A DNA stretch of 63,806 nt, the filler included, from Lama guanicoe (lineage: Eukaryota): the NCBI GenBank assembly GCA_013239625.1. It is 134 parts of 133 records of this genome, joined end to end, with 100 filler letters (N's around TTAATTAATTAA, not from the genome) between each part and the next. Parts side by side here need not be neighbours in the genome. Positions count along the whole stretch, not along the records: positions 11,547 to 12,021 come from PNXV01029224.1; positions 12,122 to 12,712 come from PNXV01029225.1; positions 12,813 to 13,349 come from PNXV01029226.1; positions 13,450 to 14,126 come from PNXV01029227.1; positions 14,227 to 14,639 come from PNXV01029228.1; positions 14,740 to 15,307 come from PNXV01029229.1; positions 15,408 to 15,918 come from PNXV01029230.1; positions 16,019 to 16,587 come from PNXV01029231.1; 126 more parts are not named here. One strand, given 5' to 3'. Made by a program: the position numbers and the translations under genes. Position 1 is the stretch's first letter. Every line of letters starts with the position of its first letter. Below the pieces are notes generated by a model that searched no databases, was not told where the DNA came from, and worked only from the letters and a program-made list of their open reading frames with translations. Below, piece by piece: positions 11,447 through 24,001 of the stretch.

Positions 11447-14324
11447 NNNNNNNNNNNNNNNNNNNNNNNNNNNNNNNNNNNNNNNNNNNNTTAATTAATT
11501 AANNNNNNNNNNNNNNNNNNNNNNNNNNNNNNNNNNNNNNNNNNNNCCAACGCTTGTCTCCAGGTACTGGCTTTCAAGTGGCAAGTAGCTGAACCACAAT
11601 AAGGTTTGCAAATTCATCAGTATTCACTTCACTTAATTATTTGAGAGTGAGAGAAAGAAATGATAACAATATATGGATTCTTTAAAAAGAGCAAATTACA
11701 AGACCCGGCTGTGATCATTGGCTAGTTTTATCCCAGCCACATTTGCAAGCTGTATTTTCATGTTACTATAATACAAAATAATGACCATGTGTCACTAGGA
11801 GGCAAATGGCAACCTACTGTATACAGTGTATGTTGTGTATTGTGGCACACTTGTCAGCTTTCTTAGACGGCAGAGCATGTTTAGTCCATGTATGGACTGC
11901 TTCTTCTAGGTCATTTATTACAAGTTTGCTTAGGATTTTGATAACGAAATAAGAATTTATGAATCCACCACACAAAACAAGAGCCAGAAGTTTTATAATG
12001 ACCTGCATTTAACCATATTTCNNNNNNNNNNNNNNNNNNNNNNNNNNNNNNNNNNNNNNNNNNNNTTAATTAATTAANNNNNNNNNNNNNNNNNNNNNNN
12101 NNNNNNNNNNNNNNNNNNNNNTCAAAGTGCTTTGACTTCTGTTTTTGCTGCTACTCAGTGAGCTGCTATACAATGTTTTGAGATAATAGAATTGAATTGT
12201 TAGTGTTTCACAGGCACAGACTTACTGAAAGTTTAATTTACATAATTAGTTTGGGATAATTACCTATTGGAAAAATAAATACGAAAATTATTATGAAGGA
12301 CGACAGTATGAAAACCAAATCTTTGAACTATCTATACATTATTTGTTGCTAGATTTTTCCAGATATTTGTGTTATATGTGAGGTTTTAGCAAACAGGAGA
12401 TATTTTAATACAATACTTTCAACACTATATAAAGATTTAAGGTTTTATATCATCACAAAGTAATTTTGGACAGGAGGCAACTAAAAGACAGATTAGGAGA
12501 GGAATCGTGTGCAAGAGGCAGAAACCTGTGGCTAAACATATCGCATAAGTGACAGGACATCTAATATTTATTTTAAAGAGCAAAACTAAAACCCAAGTTT
12601 TTTCAAGTGCAAGAAGCCCATGGTCAAACTTTTTCTTTTCTCTAATGCAGTGTAAGCACCATAAATATACGCAGACTCTGCCCACAGAATCCAGTGTTAT
12701 CAAAAAGATAACNNNNNNNNNNNNNNNNNNNNNNNNNNNNNNNNNNNNNNNNNNNNTTAATTAATTAANNNNNNNNNNNNNNNNNNNNNNNNNNNNNNNN
12801 NNNNNNNNNNNNTCTTTGTCTTTACTGAATTCAAACTAATTTCTGACTTCTATATATATCTATGTCTAAATTTTACTTTCTGCCTATTTTGTCCACACAT
12901 TTTGTTTTGCAATTAGGTTCATTTATTTTTATTAATTAATTGATTTAATTGTAGTCCAGTTTTGACACTGGATTATTGACAGCAGGATATTACAAAGCTA
13001 CCTTGAAAGAACTAAAGCGATAAACTGAAGCATGGCCAGCACTTTAGCTGTCTCAGAAACATGCAGAATGTAGGCTCAGAGGAATCTGCAGTTCATGATT
13101 GATAACAAGAAGCAACAAGAAGTAAAAGTATCTTCAGAATACTTTGGTAAGATCAGAGAAATATGCCTGATCCTATTTATATTTCAGAATCTTCAGATTA
13201 TCCATGCATTCTGCTTGAGTGTTCCAGACACATTAAGTGACAGAGACAAGATGTAGTGTGTTTATGCCAATTTGCCCAGAACTAGAACTCTGTAATACTG
13301 TTTTTAAACTTGTTGAAATGGATATGATCAGGGTTTTCTCCCTCTTTTTNNNNNNNNNNNNNNNNNNNNNNNNNNNNNNNNNNNNNNNNNNNNTTAATTA
13401 ATTAANNNNNNNNNNNNNNNNNNNNNNNNNNNNNNNNNNNNNNNNNNNNTTATTCAGAAGCATTTCTTCATTGACCTCATCGTCCGCAGCCTCTTCACTG
13501 CGGGACTGAGGGTCTTCTCAGGCCCGGGAGTCTGCCAGAGGAGCAGGAACTCCCCAGTTGAATCTTGTTAGTACCACCTGCGAGATATTTATTGAACAAC
13601 ATCCACACCCGTGGCCTTGTATATGTATAAAGCAAGCATTATTATGTTTTAATTGGCACAGAAACTGCATAGGCTTTTAAATAACAGATTGTGAGTTCTA
13701 ACTGAACTTTTCCAAGGTACCACAAAATTAAGTCTGGCCAGACCAATAGACATTTAAATCGGAGATTTCCAAAGCATTTTAAATTTAGGAACCTAAATTC
13801 TTTCAGAAGAGATCACATTACCATAATAAAGTTGTTAATGTTGTTTCAGATGTTCAATGTAGAATTGAACTTTTGTGCCTTATTAGTGTAAGTCCAAGTG
13901 AAAAAAAAATATAACACACGTTTGCCAAATATAGGTATACCTTAAGAAACACTTCCTGAAACTACTTGGTGATGAAATGTAAATACATCTTACATCAAAA
14001 GTAAGAGAGTTTTGTCAAAGTAGTGTGTGGCAAAACTGACTAGTTTGAAGAGTTTTGGGTTGCTGGATAGTCATCATGCAGAAAAAGAAAATAAACTAAA
14101 TAGACTTGAAATGGTTAATTTTTCTGNNNNNNNNNNNNNNNNNNNNNNNNNNNNNNNNNNNNNNNNNNNNTTAATTAATTAANNNNNNNNNNNNNNNNNN
14201 NNNNNNNNNNNNNNNNNNNNNNNNNNAGTCAACAGGATGTTTCCTGTTTTCTGGGGCTGTAAAGGTAAAAGGAGATGGGTCAAAACCTCCTAAAAGCAGA
14301 CAGACATTCTCAGTTTCTGGGCAG

Positions 14325-14610
14325 TAAAAATATCCTATGATATTCTAATGGTAGATACATGTCATTATATATTTGTCCAAACTCAAAGACAGTACAACAC
14401 CAAGAACGATTCCTAATGCAAACTGCAGACTTGGTGTGATTGTGATGTTTGGATGCAGGTCCAGCAATGGTAACATATGCAGCCTTCTGGTGGGGGATGT
14501 TACCAATAAGGGAAGCTGTGGGGGAGGGGAGGAAGGAGCACACCAAATATCTCTGTCCCTTCCCCCCAATTTTGCAGTAATCCTAAAACTGCTCAAAAAA
14601 TTGTCTTAAA
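14325..14610 (+). mobile_element. L1MC-type LINE-1 3' end
   Basis: atggtagatacatgtcattatatatttgtccaaac...gtacaacaccaaga...aaatatctctgt...cctaaaactgctc. Confidence 0.7.
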
Positions 14611-14739
14611 GCACACAACATAATATTCATGTCTTACCCNNNNNNNNNNNNNNNNNNNNNNNNNNNNNNNNNNNNNNNNNNNNTTAATTAATTAANNNNN
14701 NNNNNNNNNNNNNNNNNNNNNNNNNNNNNNNNNNNNNNN

Positions 14740-14833
14740 GACTTTCTGCCTCCAGCACTGTGAGAAAATAAATGCCTGTGGCTTAAGCTGCCCAGTCTGC
14801 ACCGGCTTGTTATGGCAGCTGGAGTGCAAGAAC
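14740..14833 (+). mobile_element. MLT1 (ERVL-MaLR) LTR 3' end
   Basis: gactttctgcctccagcactgtgagaaaataaatg...ttaagctgcccagtctg...ttgttatggcagc. Confidence 0.75.
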
Positions 14834-15407
14834 ACCTAGCATGGAGCTCAGGCCATGTGGGGACTCCCATGGGCCATGGCTGTTTTTCAGTGCTGTTCTG
14901 CGCAAGCTACACAACATGCAGGCCTGTGCACAACAGCACAAGGAGGGGAAACTGCATCAAAACCCCAAGTTTCTGGTTTGCACATTCATCCACTCACCAA
15001 GGACCCTACAGTACAGCTTAGGGTTAAGTTTAAAGTTTACTGTAGGAGAAACTTGTTGTTATTTGAGGCAGATGAAGAAGTGAGTTTTTTAGATCTGCAC
15101 CCTGCGCACTCCACAGCCCTCCCCCACTGGCTGGGGGTAGAGGGAGTTTTTTCCTGCCAGTGGGAGTACTATGAGGAATCTTCCCAAACTAGGCAGGCTG
15201 CAACTAGACCACATAGACCTTTGGGCAAGTTAGGAAAAGGCAATGCCTCTGGGCCAACGCACCTCTGAGGGAGCATGGCTTGGCGTGAACTTGGCATCTT
15301 TGTGCAANNNNNNNNNNNNNNNNNNNNNNNNNNNNNNNNNNNNNNNNNNNNTTAATTAATTAANNNNNNNNNNNNNNNNNNNNNNNNNNNNNNNNNNNNN
15401 NNNNNNN

Positions 15408-15918
15408 TATTTAACAAAAAGAATATAAGAGAGATCAGAATGGAAATTAAAAAAAAAGACTAAAAGACAATAGGAAAGATCTATTAAAATTTTTTTGAAA
15501 AGATAAACAAAGCAGATAAACAATATGATGTTGATGTGAAAGCAGACACACAGATCAATGGAACTGAGTAGAAACTCAAAATTAAACCTGCACATATGTG
15601 GTAAATCAATTTATGACAAAGGAGCCAAGAACATACAATGGGAAAAGGATAATCTATTCAATAAATTGTGCCGAGAAAATCTGATATCTACGTGCAAAAC
15701 AAAAACCAGATCGTGAACAAAAAAGAACTCAAGATGGATTAAAGAGTTAAATGTAAGACCTGTTAGAAGAAAACATATAGGTAATCTGTCTTGATGTTGG
15801 TGTTGGCAGTAATTTTTTTGGATTTGACATCAAAAGCAAAAGAACAAAGGAAAAAGAAACAGGTGGGATGAAATACTGAAAACCTTCTGTTCAGCAAAGG
15901 AAACCATCAACCAAATAA
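15408..15918 (+). mobile_element. Degenerate LINE-1 ORF2 C-terminal region
   Basis: agacacacagatcaatggaac...tttatgacaaaggagccaagaacatacaatgggaaaagga...ttcaataaat...cagcaaaggaaaccatcaac. Confidence 0.85.
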
Positions 15919-16727
15919 NNNNNNNNNNNNNNNNNNNNNNNNNNNNNNNNNNNNNNNNNNNNTTAATTAATTAANNNNNNNNNNNNNNNNNNNNNNNNNN
16001 NNNNNNNNNNNNNNNNNNGCAACGGTATTTGGGATAGAGAGGGCAGCAAGACGAAAGCAGAGATATATGAAGCAGTGTAGTGTAAGTAAATGATGAACTT
16101 TTAGTCGGAGTGGTAGGAGCCAGTGCTGAGAGTTAGTTCCATTTTGCACGACTGTAGATTTCAATAAAATTATTATATACACATGTAATGATATTAAAAT
16201 TGAAGTTTCAATTGAGATTCTAAGATAAAACATGTTGCATACCAAAGTGAAGTACTAGACAAACTGTAGACTTTACAAAGGAAGTGTTTTGGAACCAATT
16301 CCATTACCTTGGACCTCTCAGAATAAGACTACAAAAAGTAGTGAGAATATGGAGAAGGAATTTTATGAGAGAGAATTTCTGCAGAAAGCTGTAAGGCTCA
16401 TCACCTGACCCCACCCCCCCTACATGTATACATGAGGGATATGAGGGAGGGAATGCACACAGCATGGGGTTTGATTTTATCTGGGAAATCTGGACGAGGA
16501 GAAATGAGGAACTGTTGGTAGCACAGCCCAAGCTGATGTTCCTGGATTAGGCTGCACTCCTGGAGGTTTGTTAGGGCAAAGGATGTGNNNNNNNNNNNNN
16601 NNNNNNNNNNNNNNNNNNNNNNNNNNNNNNNTTAATTAATTAANNNNNNNNNNNNNNNNNNNNNNNNNNNNNNNNNNNNNNNNNNNNATGATCCACTGCT
16701 AGCTCCTAATAACCACCGTATCTCTCC

Positions 16728-17265
16728 ATTTTTATCGAGATGTAATTTAAACATAAAATTCACCCTTTGAAAGTGTACAGCCTAGTGACTTTTAGTGTAT
16801 TTGCAGAGTTGTGCAAACATCGGAATCTTATTTCAGAATATTTTCATCGTCTAGAAAAGAAATCTTGTATCCATTAGCAGTCATTTCTCATTTTCTCTCA
16901 AACCGTCGGTCCTAGACAACCACTGATTTACTTTTTAGTTCTTAACATTTTAGATAAATAGAATCATTTAATAGGTTGTCTTCTGTGATTGCAATCTTCC
17001 ATTTAGCATAAGCTTTTCAGTGTTCATCTAGACTCCATCCTATATCATTACTTCATTCCTTTTTAGGGCCAAATAATATTGTTTGGATGTACCACATGTT
17101 ACTTATTCATTCATCAACTGATAGGCATTGGTGTTGTTTCAATTTTCTGACTATTATGAATAATGCTGCTACGAGCATTTGCATACAAGTTTTGGGGTGG
17201 ACATGTATTTTCATTTCTCTTGGATGTACACGAGAGTCCCATGAGTGTAACAGGGATACACTGTT
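16728..17265 (-). mobile_element. L1MA/L1MB-type LINE-1 3' end
   Basis: tttttatcgagatgtaattt...aaagtgtacag...ttattcattcatcaactgataggcattgg...tgaataatgctgcta. Confidence 0.8.
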
Positions 17266-17270
17266 AAACC

Positions 17271-17333
17271 TTTTTTTTTTTTTAAATGGAGGTACTGGGG
17301 ATTGAATCCGGGACCTCATGCATGCTAAGCATG
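17271..17333 (-). mobile_element. Camelid tRNA-derived SINE (Vic-1 type), partial
   Basis: Poly-T then ggaggtactggggattgaatccgggacctcatgcatgctaagcatg, the reverse complement of the SINE body seen at 17899. Confidence 0.85.
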
Positions 17334-17898
17334 NNNNNNNNNNNNNNNNNNNNNNNNNNNNNNNNNNNNNNNNNNNNTTAATTAATTAANNNNNNNNNNN
17401 NNNNNNNNNNNNNNNNNNNNNNNNNNNNNNNNNACTTGCTGTATTAGAGAGCTCCAAATTATAGAGATTTGAAGAAAATTCTCCAGGGCCCATTTTACTA
17501 CTATATCCAAAAAATACAGGAGATTGTGGTATTCCTGTGTGAAAAGACCAAAGATAAAGACTCCAGATTTGGAAATAACGAAGTCCTGTATGAATTATTC
17601 ATGAAGGAATTTTCACTCAGAAGAGTTTGTGTGAATAAAGCAAGAGAAACTTGGATAGAGGAAAAGGGAAGTGGCCAAACTTAGACCACAGTTTTCTTTG
17701 CTTATTAATTAATTTATTTATTTTTCATTTATCCCAGAAAACATTTAAGGAGTTTACAGCATACAAAAACAGTTGGCAAATCTGAGCTATTGTTGGAACA
17801 CAAATTTGACTCTAAATTTTCTAACAGCACATATGAATAGTTCAACCATCTTCATTACAGACTTATAATGCCCAGAAGTTATAAAAAGAAATGAATCA

Positions 17899-18047
17899 GG
17901 GGGAGGGTATAGCTCAAGTAGTAGAGCGCATGCTTAGCACGCACGAGGTTCTGGGTTCAAGCCCCAGCAGTTCCTCTAAGAATAAATACATAAACCTACT
18001 TACCTCCCTCCACCTCCCCCCAAGAAAAAAAAAGGAAAAAAAAAAAA
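17899..18047 (+). mobile_element. Camelid tRNA(Ala)-derived SINE (Vic-1 type)
   Basis: gggggagggtatagctcaagtagtagagcgcatgcttagcacgcacgaggttctgggttcaagcccc contains pol III A and B boxes, followed by a non-tRNA tail and poly-A. Confidence 0.9.
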
Positions 18048-20017
18048 NNNNNNNNNNNNNNNNNNNNNNNNNNNNNNNNNNNNNNNNNNNNTTAATTAAT
18101 TAANNNNNNNNNNNNNNNNNNNNNNNNNNNNNNNNNNNNNNNNNNNNCAAGTGGCAGTGATTACAGTAAATATGCTGGAATGTGACTGTATCTCATCTTT
18201 TCAATGTGCATCCAGTTCAAATTCAAAAAGCAATGGCTAGACTTCATTCAGTAATTTGTGGAGTCTTCTAAATATATGCATGCCTTTATTGCCTCAAAAC
18301 TCAGCGAATGTAATGTTATCTGTATTAACAATCATGATGAATATTCTTTGGCAGAGACTTAGACATTTAGGTGAATGCGATGTAAACAAATGTAACCAAC
18401 ACAATAGTCTTTAAAATAAGCATCCTGCAAGTTGGCGCAGTGGTTCTGAGGAAATTCAGATTTTATTGAAATTTGTATTTTTGATAATCCCCAACCCTAG
18501 CTGGGCATCTAAGATTGATTAAGCTGATGGCACCCAATTTTAGATTGATTCCCCCAAACATTCTGTTCTCTTGATCTCAGAACCAGGAGGATTGTCTGTT
18601 ATTAACTGTGATGTTAGATTGGTAGTTTAACGTGAACTTTATAAATCCCAAGACATTTCTGTTTGGCTCTTTGAAGCTGGGTGATTTCCTACTCAGTCGG
18701 CATACACACTACTTCATAAGTATAGCTATCACTTTCTTTCTTTAGCAGCATAAATACTTTTGATCTCCTGGCACATAGTGCAACCCTCTTCACAGAGCAC
18801 TAACTTCAGCACAAATGAGTTCCAGCAACTGAGTTAGAGAGGTGTAAAGATATGTTAACTTGGCTGCAAACTGCTCTTGAAGTTATGTGTGTTTTAAATG
18901 ATCAACCAGCTATTTTAAGATATATTTTTTTAAAAAACAAGAAGGCACCATTTGAGACAAAGCATTTGTTACCCACACTGGAACAAAAATAAGTAAATGG
19001 ATTTTGAAAGAAACCAGGCTAAGGAAAATAAGAAATTACTGCCTGAAGTAATTTAAGACAGTTNNNNNNNNNNNNNNNNNNNNNNNNNNNNNNNNNNNNN
19101 NNNNNNNTTAATTAATTAANNNNNNNNNNNNNNNNNNNNNNNNNNNNNNNNNNNNNNNNNNNNTCAATCTGAGATTTTTCAGTTAGTGCATTTTAGCTGC
19201 AGGACTTTAAACAGTAGTATGCTGACAGCCATGAAATGGGAGGGAAGAAAAGACCGAAAGATCCCAGGGTCGGTGTGGAAGAGACAAGCTGCCCTGACTT
19301 GGATTTGCGTGTCTGTGTCCTGGGCGGCTGCAGAGCAGATGTCACCCAGAGTGAGGAGGCCGTGCTAGCCACATGTCCCTGGGCAGAGACAAAGCCCCAG
19401 GTCAGCTGAAGAGCCATTATGAGGAAGAAAGGGTTGAGTCAGCACCGGAAAAATCATAGCGAATGTCCCTCTTAAACTTCTGGCAAAATGGGACAAAACA
19501 GGGGCTCAGAAGACAGACCTGCTGACAGAGGGACCTAATAAATGGAAACGGTAACCTCTGCGAACTTTCCTACCAGTGACTCGAAGTGTCTCTGTCTGTG
19601 CAATAATGAAGATCAGGATTTTAAACACGAGCGATCTGCTCTCTCTTCTGATCTCTAACTAAGGCATTATACTGAAATGAAGAACTCAGAAAGCTTTGCA
19701 AACGTACANNNNNNNNNNNNNNNNNNNNNNNNNNNNNNNNNNNNNNNNNNNNTTAATTAATTAANNNNNNNNNNNNNNNNNNNNNNNNNNNNNNNNNNNN
19801 NNNNNNNNAAGATTTTTGTAAGAGTAAAATCCATTTAGTATGAAACATAAAATTGAAGAGTAAAATTTTAATTAAAATATTTTACTATAAGCGGTGTGGT
19901 AACATAATAACCAAAATTGAAAACACAATTTCTAAGCATGAGTTTATGTTTAGCAGCAGTTGACTATATGACATGTTTCATGTAGATTAACTTTTATTAT
20001 TTGTTTTGTTTAAACAG

Positions 20018-20054
20018 GAGAGCCAAATTGAAAGCTGATAGATACTGCAAATGA
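20018..20054 (+). CDS. FRG1: FRG1 terminal coding exon (R)RAKLKADRYCK*, with short 3'UTR and AATAAA at 20089-20094
   Basis: Acceptor ttgttttgtttaaacag. The peptide equals the FRG1 C-terminus as recalled, and the 3'UTR (ttttgtttctg...ttttttctgaataaa) is also FRG1-like. Confidence 0.85.
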
Positions 20055-22116
20055 CCGCAACTTTTGTTTCTGTCTTCTGTTTTTTCTGAATAAAAAAAAA
20101 ATCAGTGGAAATGTTTTTACAGAATTATTGTACTGTTATGGAATTACTGCTGAACCAGTAGCTAGATTTAATCAAGTTTAATTGAGTTCATCGGTAAACA
20201 TGTATAATCAAAATTTGAGATGTTTTTCAAGAAAGGTTTTTTTTTAACAGAAAGAAATTCCAGAGCTTCCAAGACCACAAACCTAACATATTCCACGGAT
20301 GTACTTTTTAGCTAATTGCAGTATTTCACATGGAAATGAAGCACAACTTAAAGTGCCACAGAATTTTTTTCTGGACTTCCTGTCATAAAGCATGAGATGC
20401 TACTCGAAGAAACAGGTGATGCCACACCCTGTCTAGTTCTCAGCGTTTATGTTCCATCTGTCACCAACTCTAGAGTCACGTGGCCCGTCTACAGCAAGGT
20501 AGCTAAGCTACCAGCATTGACCTTAANNNNNNNNNNNNNNNNNNNNNNNNNNNNNNNNNNNNNNNNNNNNTTAATTAATTAANNNNNNNNNNNNNNNNNN
20601 NNNNNNNNNNNNNNNNNNNNNNNNNNCTCAGTTCTCAATGTACAAGACAAATAACCAGCTCATTTTTCTGTCTCTGGAATCGCCTTATAACATTAGACTG
20701 AGAAGCTAAGCGTCACACGTGGCTAGAGAATGGATTTTGACAGCCCAGCCTTGTTAGGTATCATTCGAACAGGTACCATTAGCGGGAAGATCAAGCAGCC
20801 TGCCACAGCTCTCGTATGCTAACGGAAATAAAGCTCTATCCAGGCACCCTGGCCTCCTTTTTGAAATGGAAAATGGCATCATGTAATTGGTAATTGTCTG
20901 AACTGCTCATGGGAGACAGTGAGACTCAGATGAGCTAAGGCATGATGTCATCATTCCCGAAGCTGATTCCCAGGGAGGCTGGCAATTGGAGCAGCCTGGT
21001 CCTTGGAGCCAGCAGCAGTACGTAAACCTGGTAAAGAATTTTAATCTCATTGGTACCGTGTCATAACTTTCTTCTCAAGTGGATACATGCGTGTTATTTT
21101 TAAAAACAGGAAAGGATCCTGTGCTCCAGAGCACCACTGATGCCTCTAGGAGAACTTGCTGGATTAAAGAACTGTGGTTTTGCCTCCCATCAGTCTCTCA
21201 CCTGAGTGTGTACTGGAGGCTAGGAAGGAATGTCATGGTGGCCTTCAGCTCATTCCAATCCCAAGTGGCAAAGAAGGGCAGAATATGGAGATGGTTTTTG
21301 TTTAGTTATTTAGCAGTAATGACCNNNNNNNNNNNNNNNNNNNNNNNNNNNNNNNNNNNNNNNNNNNNTTAATTAATTAANNNNNNNNNNNNNNNNNNNN
21401 NNNNNNNNNNNNNNNNNNNNNNNNCTGTTCAGTTTGCTAGTTATTTCTGAATGAATGGCTTATCTTAAAGTGGAAAAATGGACCCTGCAAGATATTTTCT
21501 TCTTTACAATAATTTTAATTTTCTATTTGCCTTCCATGGAGGAATATAGTCCTAGAATTAAGGCTTTGGTGCTCTAGCTGTTAAGCAATGAAAAATGAGG
21601 TTCTGCATTTTTTTTAATAAAATGAATTTCTAAAAACTGAATCACAAAAAGGTACAAGCAACCTGTGGGCATCTAAGTTGCTTTTCTAGTTCTTTCTCCT
21701 CTAGGTAGTTGCTATGTGTGATTAACTTCCTTTTTTTTTTTTTTAATAACCAATGAGCATAGAGAAGCAGATACGTCCTAAGTCATCAGGGGGAGGTAGG
21801 CAACGTGTACTGAGCACACTGCATTCTTTCCTTTAAATGCATTTTCAGCTTTGGGTTCCATTGCCCCTTCAATCCCGAGCGCGGTGTTTCACCATCCATA
21901 TCTTTCCACTTTAGTTCCTCATTTTCCGATAGCTCATAAGCATAATCGTAGATACCCCTTCCAAACAATATTCCCCCAGCCTCCTTATTAAAAGGTANNN
22001 NNNNNNNNNNNNNNNNNNNNNNNNNNNNNNNNNNNNNNNNNTTAATTAATTAANNNNNNNNNNNNNNNNNNNNNNNNNNNNNNNNNNNNNNNNNNNNAGT
22101 CTGTCAAACATCTCAT

Positions 22117-22192
22117 ACCATCACCACCACCACCACCACCATCGTCGTCATCATCATCATCATCATCATATTATTATAATTATTACTACTAT
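22117..22192. repeat. Compound trinucleotide microsatellite (CAC)n(CAT)n(TAT)n
   Basis: Read directly from the sequence. Confidence 0.9.
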
Positions 22193-22695
22193 CCATAACT
22201 ATCTAAGTAAGGTGAAAACATACATAACAATCATCTGTCCTTTGGGGTGAAACCTATCACATGTTTTCTAGCATGTTTGGAAAATCTTCTGATAATTTTT
22301 GAGCAATCTGTTGTTAGACTAGTGAGATCTAACAGCCTGATATATCCATTTTCTCTTGTTAACCTCCAGAAACACATATATCCAAGGCAGAAGGTTTTAC
22401 AAAAGAAAATAAATATTCTTATATGAAAGGGTATTGTCTAAGAGCACCCTTTTGGGATCCGACTGCTTTTTAAGATTACTGAGTTGATAAATTTTAGTCC
22501 GTGAAATCATGACAAAGAAGAGAATACTAGGAAAACAATGGGGTTATACTGGCCCATTTTCCACTGACCGTCTTATCCGCTGCCTAATTGTGTGTNNNNN
22601 NNNNNNNNNNNNNNNNNNNNNNNNNNNNNNNNNNNNNNNTTAATTAATTAANNNNNNNNNNNNNNNNNNNNNNNNNNNNNNNNNNNNNNNNNNNN

Positions 22696-23028
22696 ATGAG
22701 TCTTCAGTTGGAGCAGGACTTGGCCTCAGCTGGGATGCTTCAGGTTTGGGATCTGAACTAGCTGGAGCATGGCTGCCTACAGCATGATGGTCTCAGGGTG
22801 GTCAGACTTCTTACATAGCAACCAGTGCCCCCGCAGGGAACACTGCCAGAGATCTTTGTGTGTGGGGCGGGGGAGCTGCAAGGCTTCTTCTGATCTAATC
22901 GTGCATGTTCCAGCCTTGTCTATTCATCAAGTCTGTGAGGCCAACCGAGATTTAAGGGAAGGGAAATTAGAGTCCACCCTCCAGTGAGAGGACTAGCAAG
23001 CAATTTGTAGTCATTTTTCATCTCCTGC
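22696..23028 (-). mobile_element. Old MLT1 (ERVL-MaLR) LTR fragment
   Basis: cagcatgatggtctcagggtggtcagacttcttaca...gctgcaaggcttcttctgatct...agatttaaggg. Confidence 0.6.
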
Positions 23029-23247
23029 GCTTGTCCACTTTATCCTTATTGATTTACAGAATTTATATAATCTGTGTTTATCTAATCTCAGTTCCATGGT
23101 TTGGAATGACATCTCCCATCGTGGCTTTCTCTTGCTTCCTTTATGTCTTTTCCCCCTTAGTGACTAGTGCTTTTTGAGTCTTGTTGAAGAAGGTTTTCTC
23201 TCCCTCAAGGTCATGAAAATATTCTCTTAAAAACTTTCTAGTTTTTT

Positions 23248-23439
23248 AAGCTTCTGGGTCCGTGGCAGCCGCGTTAGCCCCGCCCGGGGAGCGGAGAGCG
23301 AGGGGAAGCAGAGACCTAGGAGGGTCCAAGGGGCAGCTGCGGCCCCCGCCGAGCCGCCTGTGCAGGCCAAGGGCGGTCGGACTCCCGCGGCGGGAGGAGC
23401 TCGATCCCCCGACGTAGTGGGGCGCTCCTTTCCTTACCC
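23248..23439 (+). pseudogene. CTNNB1: Copy of CTNNB1 non-coding exon 1 plus the start of intron 1, inserted in an old antisense L1
   Basis: aagcttctgggtccgtggcagccgcgttagccc...ggagcggagagcgagggga...cccgccgagccgcc...cggtcggactcccgcggcgggaggagc matches beta-catenin exon 1 as recalled. The upstream flank is AT-rich L1 debris, not the CTNNB1 promoter. Confidence 0.75.
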
Positions 23440-23757
23440 NNNNNNNNNNNNNNNNNNNNNNNNNNNNNNNNNNNNNNNNNNNNTTAATTAATTAANNNNN
23501 NNNNNNNNNNNNNNNNNNNNNNNNNNNNNNNNNNNNNNNGTTGCCTATTTTTCTAAAATAATAGCCTGAAGAATTAAGGAAGCATCATCTTCCCCAATAT
23601 TTTGGGGTGAATTCTGCCCATTGTCCCTGATTCCCCACCCACAGTGGCAGCGTCTCTCTTCCCACATGCTGAGTGACTCTTTCAGATTTTCACAGGATGA
23701 ATTCCAGGCGTTCATAACCCCATTTTCCTCCATACAGAAGCTGAAGGTAAGTGAGAT

Positions 23758-24001
23758 TGTTGTGGAAGAATAGGTTTTTGCCTCGCACAGGAAAGAATTC
23801 AAGAGTGAGGCACAGTGACGTGAAAGCAAGTTTACTCAGGGAGACGCACACTCCATAGGCAGCGTGGGGTCTGTCTCACTCAGAGGGGAGAGCGGTTCAG
23901 GAGCTGCACATTCTGCAGGCAGAATGGGGCCATCTCAACAGGTGAGAGGGAGAGAGACTGAGAGGTGCGGGGTGTTTAGTTTAAAGTAAAGCAGATACAC
24001 A
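23758..24001 (-). mobile_element. ERV1-like LTR, antisense
   Basis: tgttgtggaagaataggtttttgcctcgcacaggaaagaattcaagagtgag...gaaagcaagtttac; related to 63607-63806. Confidence 0.6.

Noticed and set aside
12955..13146. Exon-like segment bounded by ttgtag and G|GTAAGA
   Set aside because: Stops in the frames I translated and no recognisable homologue; could be a pseudo-exon but is unsupported.
13450..13577. Minus-strand acidic peptide ...SEEAADDEVNEEMLLN after a cag acceptor
   Set aside because: In-frame TGA upstream and no family recognised.
17899..17975. tRNA-Ala(AGC) gene
   Set aside because: Imperfect acceptor stem, a SINE tail with poly-A, and diverged copies elsewhere in the window show it is a tRNA-derived SINE.
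18335..18450. Possible C/D box snoRNA (ATGATGA...CTGA)
   Set aside because: No terminal stem and no recognisable rRNA-complementary guide.
21786..21997. Minus-strand ORF GIYDYAYELSENEELKWKDMDG...
   Set aside because: Short, no recognisable domain, no splice support.
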